Below, piece after piece: positions 13,566 through 23,423 of a stretch of 58,817 nt of DNA (position 1 is its first letter; every line of letters starts with the position of its first letter). The translations under genes were made by a program, and so were the position numbers. The notes under the pieces were generated by a model. The model was given only the letters and a program-made list of their open reading frames with translations. It had not been told where the DNA came from and searched no databases. The stretch is from an uncultured Verrucomicrobiota bacterium (GTDB lineage Bacteria; Verrucomicrobiota; Kiritimatiellia; CAIKKV01; CAITUY01): the NCBI GenBank assembly GCA_964458765.1, contig CAYWKN010000001.1:1-58817 (forward strand), written 5' to 3'.

Positions 13566-13871
13566 ATGAGCGACAACGCCAAGAGGCAGGACGAAGGCAT
13601 GGATGTGCGCTATGTCGCGAACCTGGCGCGGCTGGAACTTACCGACGAGGAAGCCGGCGAGTTCCAAGGCCAGTTGAGGCGGGTGGTGGAATACTTCCGG
13701 GAACTCAAGGACTTGGAGCTTGGCGGTGTCGAACCCATGGCCCACGCCACATTGATTCAAAACGTCTTCCGGGACGATGAGGTTCGAAAGGGGTTGGACC
13801 GTGAGGCTGTCCTGGCCAATGCCCCCCAACGCACGACGGAGCTTTTTGTCGTGCCTAAGATTGTGGAATAG
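13566..13871 (+). CDS. gatC: Asp/Glu-tRNA(Asn/Gln) amidotransferase subunit C
   Basis: 101 aa. VANLARLELTDEEA...F..L is typical of GatC, and the gene lies directly upstream of gatA. Confidence 0.9.
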   Translation: MSDNAKRQDEGMDVRYVANLARLELTDEEAGEFQGQLRRVVEYFRELKDLELGGVEPMAHATLIQNVFRDDEVRKGLDREAVLANAPQRTTELFVVPKIVE

Positions 13872-13874
13872 AAC

Positions 13875-15344
13875 ATGGCGAAGTCTGGATGGAATACTCT
13901 TGCCGCGCACGAACTCCGTGATTGTCTGGATCGGGGGGAGTGTTCTTCCGAGGAGGCGGTGCGATCGGTAGTGGACGCGATTTCCGCCACCGACCCGGTC
14001 CTGCATGGCTACGTCTCCGTGGATGTGGATGGGGCGCTGGCGCAGGCGCGTGAGGCGGATGCGGCGCGGAGGCGCGGGGAGCGCGGTCGTTTGCTGGGAG
14101 TGCCGGTGGCCGTCAAGGATGTGCTGAATGTGAGGGGGCAATCCTGCACCTGTGCCTCCCGGATCCTGAAGGGATATGTGTCGCCCTATGACGCCACCGC
14201 CATTGCGCGCCTCCGGGCGGAAGGGGCTGTGTTCCTCGGGCGGACCAACATGGATGAATTCGCGATGGGATCCACCACCGAGAATTCCGCGTTTGGCGTT
14301 ACGCGGAACCCGTGGGCGACGGATCGGGTGCCGGGCGGATCCAGCGGCGGATCGGCGGCTGTTGTTGCGGCGGATGAGGCCATCGTCGCACTGGGGACCG
14401 ACACCGGCGGTTCCATACGACAACCGGCATCCTTCTGCGGCTGCGTGGGATTCAAGCCGAGTTACGGCCGCATATCGCGCTACGGATTGACGGCGTATGC
14501 CTCATCCCTGGACCAGATCGGTCCGATCAGCAAGGATGTGGAGGATGCGGCGCTGCTGTTTGAAATCATGGGCGGGCATGACCCGATGGATTCCAGTTCG
14601 CTTGAGGTTCCCATGCCGGCGGTGAGCTGGCGTAACGGCCAGGGGTTGGCGGGAATGAAACTTGGCCTGCCGCGCGAGTATTTCGTGGGCGGCATGCACG
14701 GAGACGTGGATCGGTGTGTGCGGGCGGCGGTGGAGGAATGCAGGGCGCTTGGGGCTGAAATTGTGGACGTGACACTCCCGCATACCCGTGCTGCGATCGC
14801 CGCCTACTACATTATCGCCACGGCGGAAGCTTCGGCCAACCTGGCCCGTTTCGACGGTGTGCGCTACGGGCACAGGGCGGCCGGCGTATCCGACCCGATT
14901 GATCTCTACCGGCAGACGCGCGCGCAGGGGTTCGGCGCGGAAGTGAAACGGCGGATTATCCTGGGTACCTACGTATTGAGCAGCGGCTATCATGATGCGT
15001 ATTACGTGACAGCCCAGAAGGTCCGTTCGCTGATCCGTCGGGACTTTGAAATGGCGTTCACGCATTGTGATGCGATCCTGGCGCCCGTGGCTCCGACCGC
15101 GGCCTACCGCATCGGCGAGAACCGCGACGATCCGTTGCAGATGTATCTGGGGGACATTTATACCGTCCCGGTTAATCTGGCGGGCATTTGCGGGCTGTCT
15201 GTCCCTTGCGGTTTCACCGGCGACGGACTTCCGGTGGGATTGCAGGTCATCGGGCCTGCCTTGGGAGAGGCGTGCGTTCTCCGGGTGGGGTATGCCTATG
15301 AGTCAGTGTCGAAGGTGCGCGGACGGAGACCGGGCGCCGGGTAG
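13875..15344 (+). CDS. gatA: Asp/Glu-tRNA(Asn/Gln) amidotransferase subunit A
   Basis: 489 aa with the amidase signature (GGSSGGSAAVVAA...GTDTGGSIRQPA). Confidence 0.95.
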   Translation: MAKSGWNTLAAHELRDCLDRGECSSEEAVRSVVDAISATDPVLHGYVSVDVDGALAQAREADAARRRGERGRLLGVPVAVKDVLNVRGQSCTCASRILKGYVSPYDATAIARLRAEGAVFLGRTNMDEFAMGSTTENSAFGVTRNPWATDRVPGGSSGGSAAVVAADEAIVALGTDTGGSIRQPASFCGCVGFKPSYGRISRYGLTAYASSLDQIGPISKDVEDAALLFEIMGGHDPMDSSSLEVPMPAVSWRNGQGLAGMKLGLPREYFVGGMHGDVDRCVRAAVEECRALGAEIVDVTLPHTRAAIAAYYIIATAEASANLARFDGVRYGHRAAGVSDPIDLYRQTRAQGFGAEVKRRIILGTYVLSSGYHDAYYVTAQKVRSLIRRDFEMAFTHCDAILAPVAPTAAYRIGENRDDPLQMYLGDIYTVPVNLAGICGLSVPCGFTGDGLPVGLQVIGPALGEACVLRVGYAYESVSKVRGRRPGAG

Positions 15345-15359
15345 GCGCCAAGAGCCATC

Positions 15360-16793
15360 ATGAAGGAGTTCCTTACAACCATCGGGCTGGAGGTGCACGT
15401 GCAGCTCCGGACGCATTCGAAGATGTTCTGCGGCTGCGGAACCAGCTTCGGTGCGCCTCCGAACACGCAGGTGTGCCCGGTTTGCCTGGGGTACCCCGGA
15501 AGCCTTCCTGTCATGAACCGGGAGGCCATCCGGCTCACCGTTCTTGCGGGGCTCATGCTCGGGTGCCGGATCAATCCCTTCAGCAAGTTTGACCGGAAGA
15601 ACTACTTTTACCCGGACATGCCCAAGAACTATCAGATTTCGCAATATGACAAGCCGTTGTGCCTGGGCGGAGCGGTGGAGATGGAGGTGGCAGGGCATTG
15701 CCGCCGGATCGGCCTCACACGCATCCATTTGGAGGAGGATGTGGCCAAGAATCTCCATATGGAGACATGGAGCGGGATTGATTTCAACCGTGCCGGCGTT
15801 CCCCTGATGGAAATCGTGTCCGATCCGGAGCTTGAATCGGCGGATGAAGCCATGGCGTATCTCCAGACGCTTCGCCAGATCCTGGTCTATGCCGGGGTGA
15901 GCGAGTGTAACATGGAGGAGGGGAACATGCGGTGCGATGTCAACGTCAGCCTGCGGCCCGCAGGCCAGGCGGCCCTTGGCACCAAGGCCGAGATCAAGAA
16001 TCTCAATACGTTCAAGGGTGTGCATGCCGCGCTGACCTTCGAAATAGCGCGTCAGCGGGACGTGCTTGCGGCGGGAGGACGGATCATTCAGGAGACCCGG
16101 CGTTGGGATGCGGACACCGGGCAGACGTATTCGATGCGGAGCAAGGAAGAGGCCCACGACTACCGCTATTTTCCGGAACCGGACCTGATGCCTGTAGCGC
16201 TGCCGGATGAGTTGCTGCAACAGTGGGCGGCGGGGTTGCCGGAACTGCCGGCGCGACGCCGTGCCCGGTTTGTCAGCGAGTATGGCATTCCGGACTACGA
16301 TGCCGGAGTCCTGTCCGCTGAACGCGCCATTGGTGACTATTTCGAGTCGGCCGCGCGTGGCTCACGGTTCCCGAAGGCTGTCTCCAACTGGATCATGACC
16401 GATGTGCTTCGGACCCTTTCCGAACGGTCTATCCCCGTGGAACGCTTTCCGATTCCGGCGGATGCCCTGGCGGAACTGGTGGAGCTGGCCGAAAACCGCA
16501 AGATCAATTCCAACACGGCGAGGACGGTGTTTGCGATCATGCTGGCGGAAGGCGGGCGGGCGGGTGACATTGTGCGCGACCGCGGGCTCGCGCAGGTGAG
16601 TGACTCGGGCGCAATGGATGCGATGGTGCGGAAGACCGTGGAGGAAAACCCGAAGTCGGCGCAGGACTATCGTGGTGGCAAGGATGCTGCGTTGAAGTTC
16701 CTCGTGGGCCAGGTGATGAGGGCCAGCAAGGGGAAGGCCGACCCGCAAATGGCCGCGGACATGCTTGTGAAACTGCTGGGGCGGCCGGATTGA
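15360..16793 (+). CDS. gatB: Asp/Glu-tRNA(Asn/Gln) amidotransferase subunit B
   Basis: 477 aa. GatB N-terminus (IGLEVHVQL...KMFCGC) and a C-terminal YqeY-like tail. Confidence 0.95.
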   Translation: MKEFLTTIGLEVHVQLRTHSKMFCGCGTSFGAPPNTQVCPVCLGYPGSLPVMNREAIRLTVLAGLMLGCRINPFSKFDRKNYFYPDMPKNYQISQYDKPLCLGGAVEMEVAGHCRRIGLTRIHLEEDVAKNLHMETWSGIDFNRAGVPLMEIVSDPELESADEAMAYLQTLRQILVYAGVSECNMEEGNMRCDVNVSLRPAGQAALGTKAEIKNLNTFKGVHAALTFEIARQRDVLAAGGRIIQETRRWDADTGQTYSMRSKEEAHDYRYFPEPDLMPVALPDELLQQWAAGLPELPARRRARFVSEYGIPDYDAGVLSAERAIGDYFESAARGSRFPKAVSNWIMTDVLRTLSERSIPVERFPIPADALAELVELAENRKINSNTARTVFAIMLAEGGRAGDIVRDRGLAQVSDSGAMDAMVRKTVEENPKSAQDYRGGKDAALKFLVGQVMRASKGKADPQMAADMLVKLLGRPD

Positions 16794-16861
16794 CCCGCCG
16801 TGGCGGGAGATGGTATATACAGCGCCATGGCAAAGCCGAAGACATCCAACGGGAGCGGGTA

Positions 16862-18568
16862 TTGACCTCCAATGACGAATATGTCCTTGAAGTCCTGAAG
16901 GAAGAGGGCCTGGTTTCTTCCGGGCAGATCGACTACGTCCGGCAGAATTTCCCCGGGCAGGGGACTACGGTGGACGCGCTTGTCAGCGCGAAAGTTGTGG
17001 AAGCCGACGATATTCTCCGTGTCCTGGCAAGCCGGTTCGGCATGGAAATGATCAGTCTGGCGAATCTTCCGATTCCGCCACCGGTGTTGTCGGCGGTACC
17101 CGCGGATGTGGCGCGGAAGTACAAGATTATCCCTGTCTCCAAGCATGATTCGGTTCTGATGGTAGCCCTTGGGGATCCCCTGGAGATGGATACTCTCGAC
17201 AGCCTGCGCTACGTTCTGAAGTCGGACGTGGAGGGGGTCGTCGCTGCGCCCACCGAGATCGCTGTTGCGCTTGACCGGTACTATCCACGCGAGGCGTCGG
17301 TCGAGACGATGATTGACCAGCTTGCCGAGGGCACTGTGGCGATGGTAGCGGCGGGTCGGGCCGATCTGCGCGACGAGTCGGACGTCACCGAGTCGGATGT
17401 CCCGATCATCAAGCTGGTGCACCTCATCATTTACGAAGCCTACCGCAACCGCGCGTCGGACATCCACCTGGAGCCCCTTGAAAAGCGGTTCCGCGTGCGG
17501 TATCGAATTGACGGCGTGCTGCACGAGGTGGACAGCCCTCCGAAACGCCTCCAGGCGGCCATCATCAGCCGCGTCAAGATCATGGCGACCAACATGAAGA
17601 TCGCCGAGAAACGGGTTCCCCAGGATGGCCGGATCCAGGTCAACGTCAAGGGGCGCGAACTCGACTTGCGGGTTTCCACGATTCCAACCGGCCACGGGGA
17701 AAGCGTGGTGATGCGTATTCTCGACAAACAGAACCTGGCGCTCGGGCTCCCGAAGCTCGGCTTCCTGGCGGATGACCAGGAGACGTTCATGCGCCTCATC
17801 GCCCTGCCGGAAGGGATTCTGCTGGTCACCGGCCCGACGGGATCGGGCAAGACGACAACCCTTTATGCGTGCCTGAATCACGTGAACCGGCCTGACCGGA
17901 AGATCATTACAGTCGAGGATCCGGTGGAATACCAGATGTCGGGCATCAACCAGGTGCAGGTCCGTGAGGATATCGGGCTGACATTCGGCGCGGCGCTGCG
18001 CTCGATCCTGCGTCAGGCCCCCAATATCGTGATGATCGGTGAAATCCGCGATTTGGAGACCGCCCGCATTGCAACAGAAGCCTCCCTGACAGGACATCTG
18101 GTGTTCAGCACGCTGCACACGAATGATGCCCCCAGCGCAATCACGCGACTCCAGGATCTGGGCGTGAAGCCGTTCCTTGTGGCTTCCTCGGTGCGCGCGA
18201 TCATGGCCCAGCGGCTGGTCCGCTGCATCTGCGAACATTGCCGCGAGGAACACCGGCCGACGGCAACGGAAATGCGATTGCTGGGTTCGGCAGCCGAACA
18301 GTTCGCCAACATACAGCTTTTCCGGGGCCGCGGGTGCAACAAGTGTGCACTGACCGGATACGCCGGGCGGTCAGGCATCTTCGAGATCCTGGTGATCAAC
18401 GATGAAATCCAGCGAATGATCTTCGACAAGGTAAGCGCGCTGGAAATCCGGCAGCGCTCTCGCGAACTCGGCATGCGCACGCTACGGGAAGACGGTTTGC
18501 GGAAGGTCGTGATTGGGACCACTACACTGGATGAAGTCCTGCGGGCAACCATGGGAGATGTCAGCTGA
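16862..18568 (+). CDS. GspE/PilB-family type II/IV secretion (pilus extension) ATPase, copy 1
   Basis: The track ORF is 16790..18568, with a TTG start overlapping the gatB stop. I prefer the TTG at 16862 because it has an SD (GGGAG, 6-nt spacing), yields 568 aa like copy 2, and places the T2SSE_N domain at the N-terminus. Walker [13 protein letters not shown], Asp/His boxes and a tetracysteine motif (CEHC...CNKC) are present. The start is uncertain. Confidence 0.85.
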   Translation: MTSNDEYVLEVLKEEGLVSSGQIDYVRQNFPGQGTTVDALVSAKVVEADDILRVLASRFGMEMISLANLPIPPPVLSAVPADVARKYKIIPVSKHDSVLMVALGDPLEMDTLDSLRYVLKSDVEGVVAAPTEIAVALDRYYPREASVETMIDQLAEGTVAMVAAGRADLRDESDVTESDVPIIKLVHLIIYEAYRNRASDIHLEPLEKRFRVRYRIDGVLHEVDSPPKRLQAAIISRVKIMATNMKIAEKRVPQDGRIQVNVKGRELDLRVSTIPTGHGESVVMRILDKQNLALGLPKLGFLADDQETFMRLIALPEGILLVTGPTGSGKTTTLYACLNHVNRPDRKIITVEDPVEYQMSGINQVQVREDIGLTFGAALRSILRQAPNIVMIGEIRDLETARIATEASLTGHLVFSTLHTNDAPSAITRLQDLGVKPFLVASSVRAIMAQRLVRCICEHCREEHRPTATEMRLLGSAAEQFANIQLFRGRGCNKCALTGYAGRSGIFEILVINDEIQRMIFDKVSALEIRQRSRELGMRTLREDGLRKVVIGTTTLDEVLRATMGDVS

Positions 18569-19659
18569 TGATCAATAGCAGTCAAATTGAGATGAGCGAC
18601 CTCCTTCAACTGGTGGTGGATGAAGGGGCTTCGGATCTGCACCTGACGGTGGGAGTGCCCCCGGTGTTGCGCATCCATGGCAACATGCAGCCGATTGACG
18701 CGACCGCCCTGGCGCCAGAGGATACCGAGCGGTTCATGAAGAGCATCACCTCGGAGGATCACCAGCAGCGCATTCGCGAGGGTGGAGGCACGGATTTCGG
18801 ATTCGGATTTGGCAAGGCCGCCCGGTTCCGCGTGAGCGTTCTCAAGGCCAAGGGGAGCATCGGCATGGTCTTACGGCAGATCCCATCCAAATTGATGTCG
18901 CTGGAGACCATCGGTTTGCCGCCACAGGTCAAGGAACTGCTGTTCCGCCCGCGCGGGCTTATCCTGGTCACGGGGCCGACAGGCTCCGGAAAGACGACCA
19001 CGCTGGCCTCCATGATCAATCTGATCAACGAGGAACGCGACGCCCACATTATCACCATTGAAGACCCGGTGGAGTACTACCACGAGCACAAGAAGTCGGT
19101 GGTCACCCAGCGGGAGATCGGAGTGGACGTCCCCTCGTTCAGCGAGGCGTTGCGGCGGGCGTTGCGACAGGACCCGAACGTTATCCTGGTGGGCGAAATG
19201 CGCGATCTGGAGACCATGACCGCCGCGATCACGGCGGCAGAGACCGGCCACCTTGTGTTTGCCACCCTTCACACCACCGGCGCGGCGCGAACCGTGGACC
19301 GGATTGTGGATGCATTCCCGATGGGCCAGCAGTCGCAGGTGCGCACCCAGCTTGCTTCCGGCATCGTGGCCGTAATTTCACAGTTGCTCCTGGTCAAGGC
19401 GGATGGCCCCGGTCGTGTCGCGGCCTTCGAGATCATGATTTCCACGCCGGCTATCCAGGCGCTGATTCGCGAGAGCAAGACGTACCGCATCACCTCGGAA
19501 ATCCAGACGGGGGCGAAATGGGGCATGATCACTCTGGACGCGCATCTCATGGCCCTGTACGAAGCCGGGAAGATCCGTTACGAGGATCTGATCACCAAGG
19601 CGCAGGATCCGGAATCCATTGTGCTGAAGTTGGAAGAGGCTCATCGGAAGAAAAGGTAA
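18568..19659 (+). CDS. pilT: PilT-family twitching-motility (retraction) ATPase
   Basis: 363 aa. The PilT N-terminus ([18 protein letters not shown]), Walker [13 protein letters not shown] and the AIQALIRE motif are present. The start overlaps the preceding stop (TGATG). Confidence 0.9.
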   Translation: MINSSQIEMSDLLQLVVDEGASDLHLTVGVPPVLRIHGNMQPIDATALAPEDTERFMKSITSEDHQQRIREGGGTDFGFGFGKAARFRVSVLKAKGSIGMVLRQIPSKLMSLETIGLPPQVKELLFRPRGLILVTGPTGSGKTTTLASMINLINEERDAHIITIEDPVEYYHEHKKSVVTQREIGVDVPSFSEALRRALRQDPNVILVGEMRDLETMTAAITAAETGHLVFATLHTTGAARTVDRIVDAFPMGQQSQVRTQLASGIVAVISQLLLVKADGPGRVAAFEIMISTPAIQALIRESKTYRITSEIQTGAKWGMITLDAHLMALYEAGKIRYEDLITKAQDPESIVLKLEEAHRKKR

Positions 19660-19663
19660 TCCC

Positions 19664-21376
19664 ATGCAGGACGTTCAATCACAGGATGCTGTTCTGCAAC
19701 TGCTGAGCGCGCAGGGGCTTATCAGCGCCGAGCAGGAGCAGGAAGTCCTGGAAGAGCATCAGCGAAGCGGACGACCGATCCGTAATATTGTCGTTGAAAT
19801 GGAAATCCTTCCGGAGGACGCCCTTCTGGAATTGATGGCGGACAATCTGGGGGTCAAGGTCATCCATCTTCCGGCAACGGATATTCCGCCGGATGTGGTG
19901 CACTCCATTCCAACCAGCGTGGCGCGGATGTACATGGTGGTCCCGGTGGATAAGAGTGCCAACTCGGTGACCTTGGCCACGTATGAATTGATGAGCCCTG
20001 AAAAGCTCGACGAATTGATGTTTGTCCTGTCCCGCGATGTCTCGATAGTACTTGCCCGCGAGGAGGACATCCGGGCGCATGTCAACCAGTTGTATGGCGA
20101 CGACAGTGCATCGGTCACCGAAATGCTCTCGGCGCTGGAATCGGAGATTGAAACGACGGAACAACTGGTGGAACTGGGCGCGTCTGCCGACGAGAAGGGG
20201 ATTGAGGAGGCCGCCGGTTCGGCGCCGGTAATCCGGTTTGTAAACCTTGTGCTGTATCAAGCGGTGCAGGATCGCGCCTCGGACATCCATTTTGAACCTT
20301 TTGAAAGCGAGTTCAAGATCCGCCTGCGCGTGGATGGGGCTCTGTACGATCTGGCTCCTCCGCCCAAGAAGCTGGCCCTGCCTGTCATTTCACGCCTCAA
20401 GGTCATGGCCAATTTGAACATCGCTGAGCGCCGTTTGCCGCAGGACGGCCGTATCCAGCTTGCCATCGCGGGGCGGCAGATTGATTTCCGTGTCTCATGC
20501 CTGCCGACCCAGTTTGGCGAAAGCGTGGTGCTGCGTGTGTTGGATCGCAGCGTCGTGTCGCTGGATGTGGACAACCTGGGCATGCCCGACGATGTGCTGA
20601 GCCAGTTCCTCCTGGACCTCGACAAGCCCAACGGAATCATCGTTGTTACGGGCCCCACGGGATCGGGGAAGACCACCACTCTCTATTCGGGACTCCGCCG
20701 CCTCAATACTGTGGAATCCAAGCTGCTTACGGCCGAGGACCCGGTGGAATATGAAATTGACGGAATCATTCAGGTTCCGATCAACGAGGCCATCGGCAAC
20801 TCGTTTGAACGCGTATTGCGGGCCTTCCTGCGCCAGGATCCGGACATCCTGATGATCGGCGAAATCCGCGATCTGACCACGGCGCATATCGCCATTCATG
20901 CCTCGCTGACGGGGCATCTCGTTTTCAGTACGCTGCACACGAACGATGCGGCGGGCGCCATCACCCGCTTGATTGATATGGAGGTGGAGCCTTTTCTGAT
21001 CTCATCCACGCTGGAAGCGGTTGTCGGGCAGCGCCTTGTGCGGACCATCTGCACCAACTGCAAGACGGCATACAAGCCGGATGACCAGGTTCTGGCAAGC
21101 TTGGGACTGAAGAGGCCCGATGTGGGTGACCGCAGCTTCTATTACGGGGCTGGTTGCGAGCACTGCCATAACACCGGCTACAAGGGACGCAAAGGCATCT
21201 ACGAGTACATGACGATCAGTGACCCCATCCGTGACCTGATCAACCAGCGGCAGCCCACCCTGATCCTGCGGGACAAAGCAGTGGAACTGGGTATGCGGAC
21301 CCTCCGTCAGGACGGAATCCGGAACATCCTGGACGGCTACACGACCGTTGAGGAAGTACGCCGCTATACTTCATAG
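19664..21376 (+). CDS. GspE/PilB-family type II/IV secretion (pilus extension) ATPase, copy 2
   Basis: 570 aa. T2SSE_N domain, Walker [13 protein letters not shown] and a tetracysteine motif (CTNC...CEHC). It starts 4 nt after the pilT stop. Confidence 0.9.
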   Translation: MQDVQSQDAVLQLLSAQGLISAEQEQEVLEEHQRSGRPIRNIVVEMEILPEDALLELMADNLGVKVIHLPATDIPPDVVHSIPTSVARMYMVVPVDKSANSVTLATYELMSPEKLDELMFVLSRDVSIVLAREEDIRAHVNQLYGDDSASVTEMLSALESEIETTEQLVELGASADEKGIEEAAGSAPVIRFVNLVLYQAVQDRASDIHFEPFESEFKIRLRVDGALYDLAPPPKKLALPVISRLKVMANLNIAERRLPQDGRIQLAIAGRQIDFRVSCLPTQFGESVVLRVLDRSVVSLDVDNLGMPDDVLSQFLLDLDKPNGIIVVTGPTGSGKTTTLYSGLRRLNTVESKLLTAEDPVEYEIDGIIQVPINEAIGNSFERVLRAFLRQDPDILMIGEIRDLTTAHIAIHASLTGHLVFSTLHTNDAAGAITRLIDMEVEPFLISSTLEAVVGQRLVRTICTNCKTAYKPDDQVLASLGLKRPDVGDRSFYYGAGCEHCHNTGYKGRKGIYEYMTISDPIRDLINQRQPTLILRDKAVELGMRTLRQDGIRNILDGYTTVEEVRRYTS

Positions 21377-21429
21377 CGACAGGCCGCGCACGTTTTCTCT
21401 TCTCAGACGCTTCAGGAGACGACCACACC

Positions 21430-22359
21430 ATGAACAAGGAACGAGTTGTCATCGCAGGAACCGGTCCCGCCGGACTGACGGCCGCCATCTACACGGCGCG
21501 CGCCAATTTGCAGCCGGTGGTTCTGGAAGGCATGCAGCCAGGCGGGCAGTTGACCACGACAACCGATGTTGAAAATTTCCCGGGGTTCCCCGAGGGGATT
21601 GACGGCACAACGCTGGTCATGAGGATGCGCGAGCAGGCGGAACGCTTTGGGGCGCGCTTCCAGCGCGGGGAAATCGCGGCCCTGGATGTTTCCAGCCGTT
21701 TCCCTGTGATCACGCCGGACGAAGGGGATCCCATGGAGGCGATGGCCCTGATCATCGCAACGGGTGCGAGAGCCAAGTACATCGGCATTGAATCGGAACA
21801 GAAACTTATGGGACGCGGTGTTTCAGGCTGTGCAACCTGTGACGGAGCTCTCTACCGGGAAGTGCCTGTCGCCGTGGTGGGCGGGGGGGATACCGCCATG
21901 GAAGATGCCCTTTTCCTGACACGGTTCGCGTCAAAGGTCATATTGATTCATCGCCGGGATGAGTTCCGGGCTTCGCGCATCATGGGGGAACGCGTCAAGA
22001 CGCATCCCAAGATCGCGATCCACTGGAACTCCGTGGTGGAGGAGGTCCTGGATGTGTCCCGCAACGAGGTGACCGGAGTGCGGCTCCGGAATGTCAAGTC
22101 GGGGGCGATCCAGGATGTTCCGGTCAGCGCCCTGTTTGTGGCCATCGGGCATGAACCGAACACCAAGGCATTCCGCGGGGTTCTGGACATGAACGAGCAG
22201 GGCTATCTGGTGACCGACCGCACCCGTACCAGGATTTCCGGCGTGTTCGCGGCCGGCGATGTGCAGGATCCCACGTACCGCCAGGCTGTCACTGCGGCGG
22301 GTTCGGGCTGCATGGCGGCACTTGAAGCGGAGCGGTATATCGGCGGACTGGAGCACTGA
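21430..22359 (+). CDS. trxB: Thioredoxin-disulfide reductase
   Basis: 309 aa. GTGPAGLTAAIY FAD motif, redox-active CATCDG, and GGGDTAMEDA NADPH motif. Confidence 0.95.
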   Translation: MNKERVVIAGTGPAGLTAAIYTARANLQPVVLEGMQPGGQLTTTTDVENFPGFPEGIDGTTLVMRMREQAERFGARFQRGEIAALDVSSRFPVITPDEGDPMEAMALIIATGARAKYIGIESEQKLMGRGVSGCATCDGALYREVPVAVVGGGDTAMEDALFLTRFASKVILIHRRDEFRASRIMGERVKTHPKIAIHWNSVVEEVLDVSRNEVTGVRLRNVKSGAIQDVPVSALFVAIGHEPNTKAFRGVLDMNEQGYLVTDRTRTRISGVFAAGDVQDPTYRQAVTAAGSGCMAALEAERYIGGLEH

Positions 22360-22951
22360 CAGCCCGGGGCGCCCGGCGGTATGCCGGGAACCAGCGGCGC
22401 CAGGGGCGGCCGAAGTTCCTGTGACGTTCCGCGATTTCCGTCACGTACCTTCGTGTGGCAGGATACGTGATGGCCTGGACAAAGGGGATGGAGCGGGCGG
22501 CGGCATCGCGGTCCCAGCGCTGGGCATTCGAGGCGCCGGCGTTGTACTCGGCCAACGCGTACGGGAGGGGATCATTCCGGGAACGCCAACGCTGCAGGGC
22601 GCGGCCGAGATACCAGGCGCCTGCCAGGACATTCGTTGAGGGGTGGAAGAGATCGGCGGAACAGAACCCCTGCACCTTTTCGGCGGCGGCCCATTCCCGT
22701 GCCGTGGAAGGCAAGATCTGCACAAGTCCTATTTCGCCGGATTTCCCTCGCCGGTAGGGATGGAACCGGCTCTCCTGCCAGATCAGCGAGGCCATCAGCG
22801 AGGGGGGGACTCCGTAGCGGATGGACGCGGGATCAATCGCGTCCCGGAAACGCAAGTAGGCCAGCTCGAACCGGAACATCCACCCCCCCCACACAGCAAG
22901 GATGGTCAACGGCAGCAGGATCAGTATAATAGCCCGCAGTAAGCGTCCCAT
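22289..22951 (-). CDS. Lytic transglycosylase (SLT domain), membrane-anchored
   Basis: 220 aa with an N-terminal TM helix. SLT catalytic region (LIWQESRFHP...GLVQILPSTA...AEYNAG). The 3' end overlaps trxB convergently by 71 nt. Confidence 0.85.
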   Translation of the reverse strand: MGRLLRAIILILLPLTILAVWGGWMFRFELAYLRFRDAIDPASIRYGVPPSLMASLIWQESRFHPYRRGKSGEIGLVQILPSTAREWAAAEKVQGFCSADLFHPSTNVLAGAWYLGRALQRWRSRNDPLPYALAEYNAGASNAQRWDRDAAARSIPFVQAITYPATRRYVTEIAERHRNFGRPWRRWFPAYRRAPRAVSAPVRRYTAPLQVPPCSPNPPQ

Positions 22952-22952
22952 G

Positions 22953-22972
22953 TGTGCTACAAGGCTAGCACA
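22953..22972. promoter_or_regulatory. Inverted repeat TGTGCTA-N6-TAGCACA at the SLT / yjbQ divergent junction
   Basis: Perfect 7-bp arms read directly, beginning 2 nt upstream of the SLT ATG (22951). Function unknown. Confidence 0.3.
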
Positions 22973-23004
22973 GGAGCCGGGAAAGTCGAGAGGGGAGGCG
23001 GATC

Positions 23005-23421
23005 ATGAAAAGCTGGAGGAAGGAATTGTTTTTCGAAACGCGCAGCCGTCGCGAGTTTGTCAACATTACCCGCGACGTCCATGCCGCCCTGCAGGCCAGC
23101 GGGATACAGGAGGGGTTGGCTCTCGTAAATGCCATGCACATCACCGCCAGCGTGTTTATCAACGACGACGAACCGGGGCTTCATTCCGATTTTGAAGTCT
23201 GGCTCGAAGGGCTGGCCCCCGAGAAGCCTCATTCGCGATATGCGCACAACGGGTATGAGGACAACGCGGATGCTCACCTGAAACGGCAAGTTATGGGCCG
23301 GGAAGTGGTTGTGGCGGTGACGGAGGGGAAACTCGACTTGGGCCCCTGGGAGCAGATCTTTTACGGCGAATTCGATGGGAAACGCCGCAAACGGGTTCTG
23401 GTCAAGATCATCGGGGAATAG
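23005..23421 (+). CDS. YjbQ/UPF0047-family protein (secondary thiamine-phosphate synthase family)
   Basis: 138 aa. The conserved pattern [14 protein letters not shown]...NADAHLK...[14 protein letters not shown] is present. Confidence 0.85.
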   Translation: MKSWRKELFFETRSRREFVNITRDVHAALQASGIQEGLALVNAMHITASVFINDDEPGLHSDFEVWLEGLAPEKPHSRYAHNGYEDNADAHLKRQVMGREVVVAVTEGKLDLGPWEQIFYGEFDGKRRKRVLVKIIGE

Positions 23422-23423
23422 TC

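Noticed and set aside
16790-16861. A TTG start for pilB copy 1 overlapping the gatB stop (TTGA).
   Set aside because: - The extra 24 residues (MTRRGGRWYIQRHGKAEDIQRERV) look non-native.
- An SD-preceded TTG at 16862 gives a length matching the paralog.
- This is not excluded, and the alternative is noted in the feature.
22953-22972. CRP/FNR-type box, because of the TGTG...CACA ends.
   Set aside because: The spacing is TGTG-N12-CACA rather than TGTGA-N6-TCACA or TTGAT-N4-ATCAA, so it is reported only as an unnamed palindrome.
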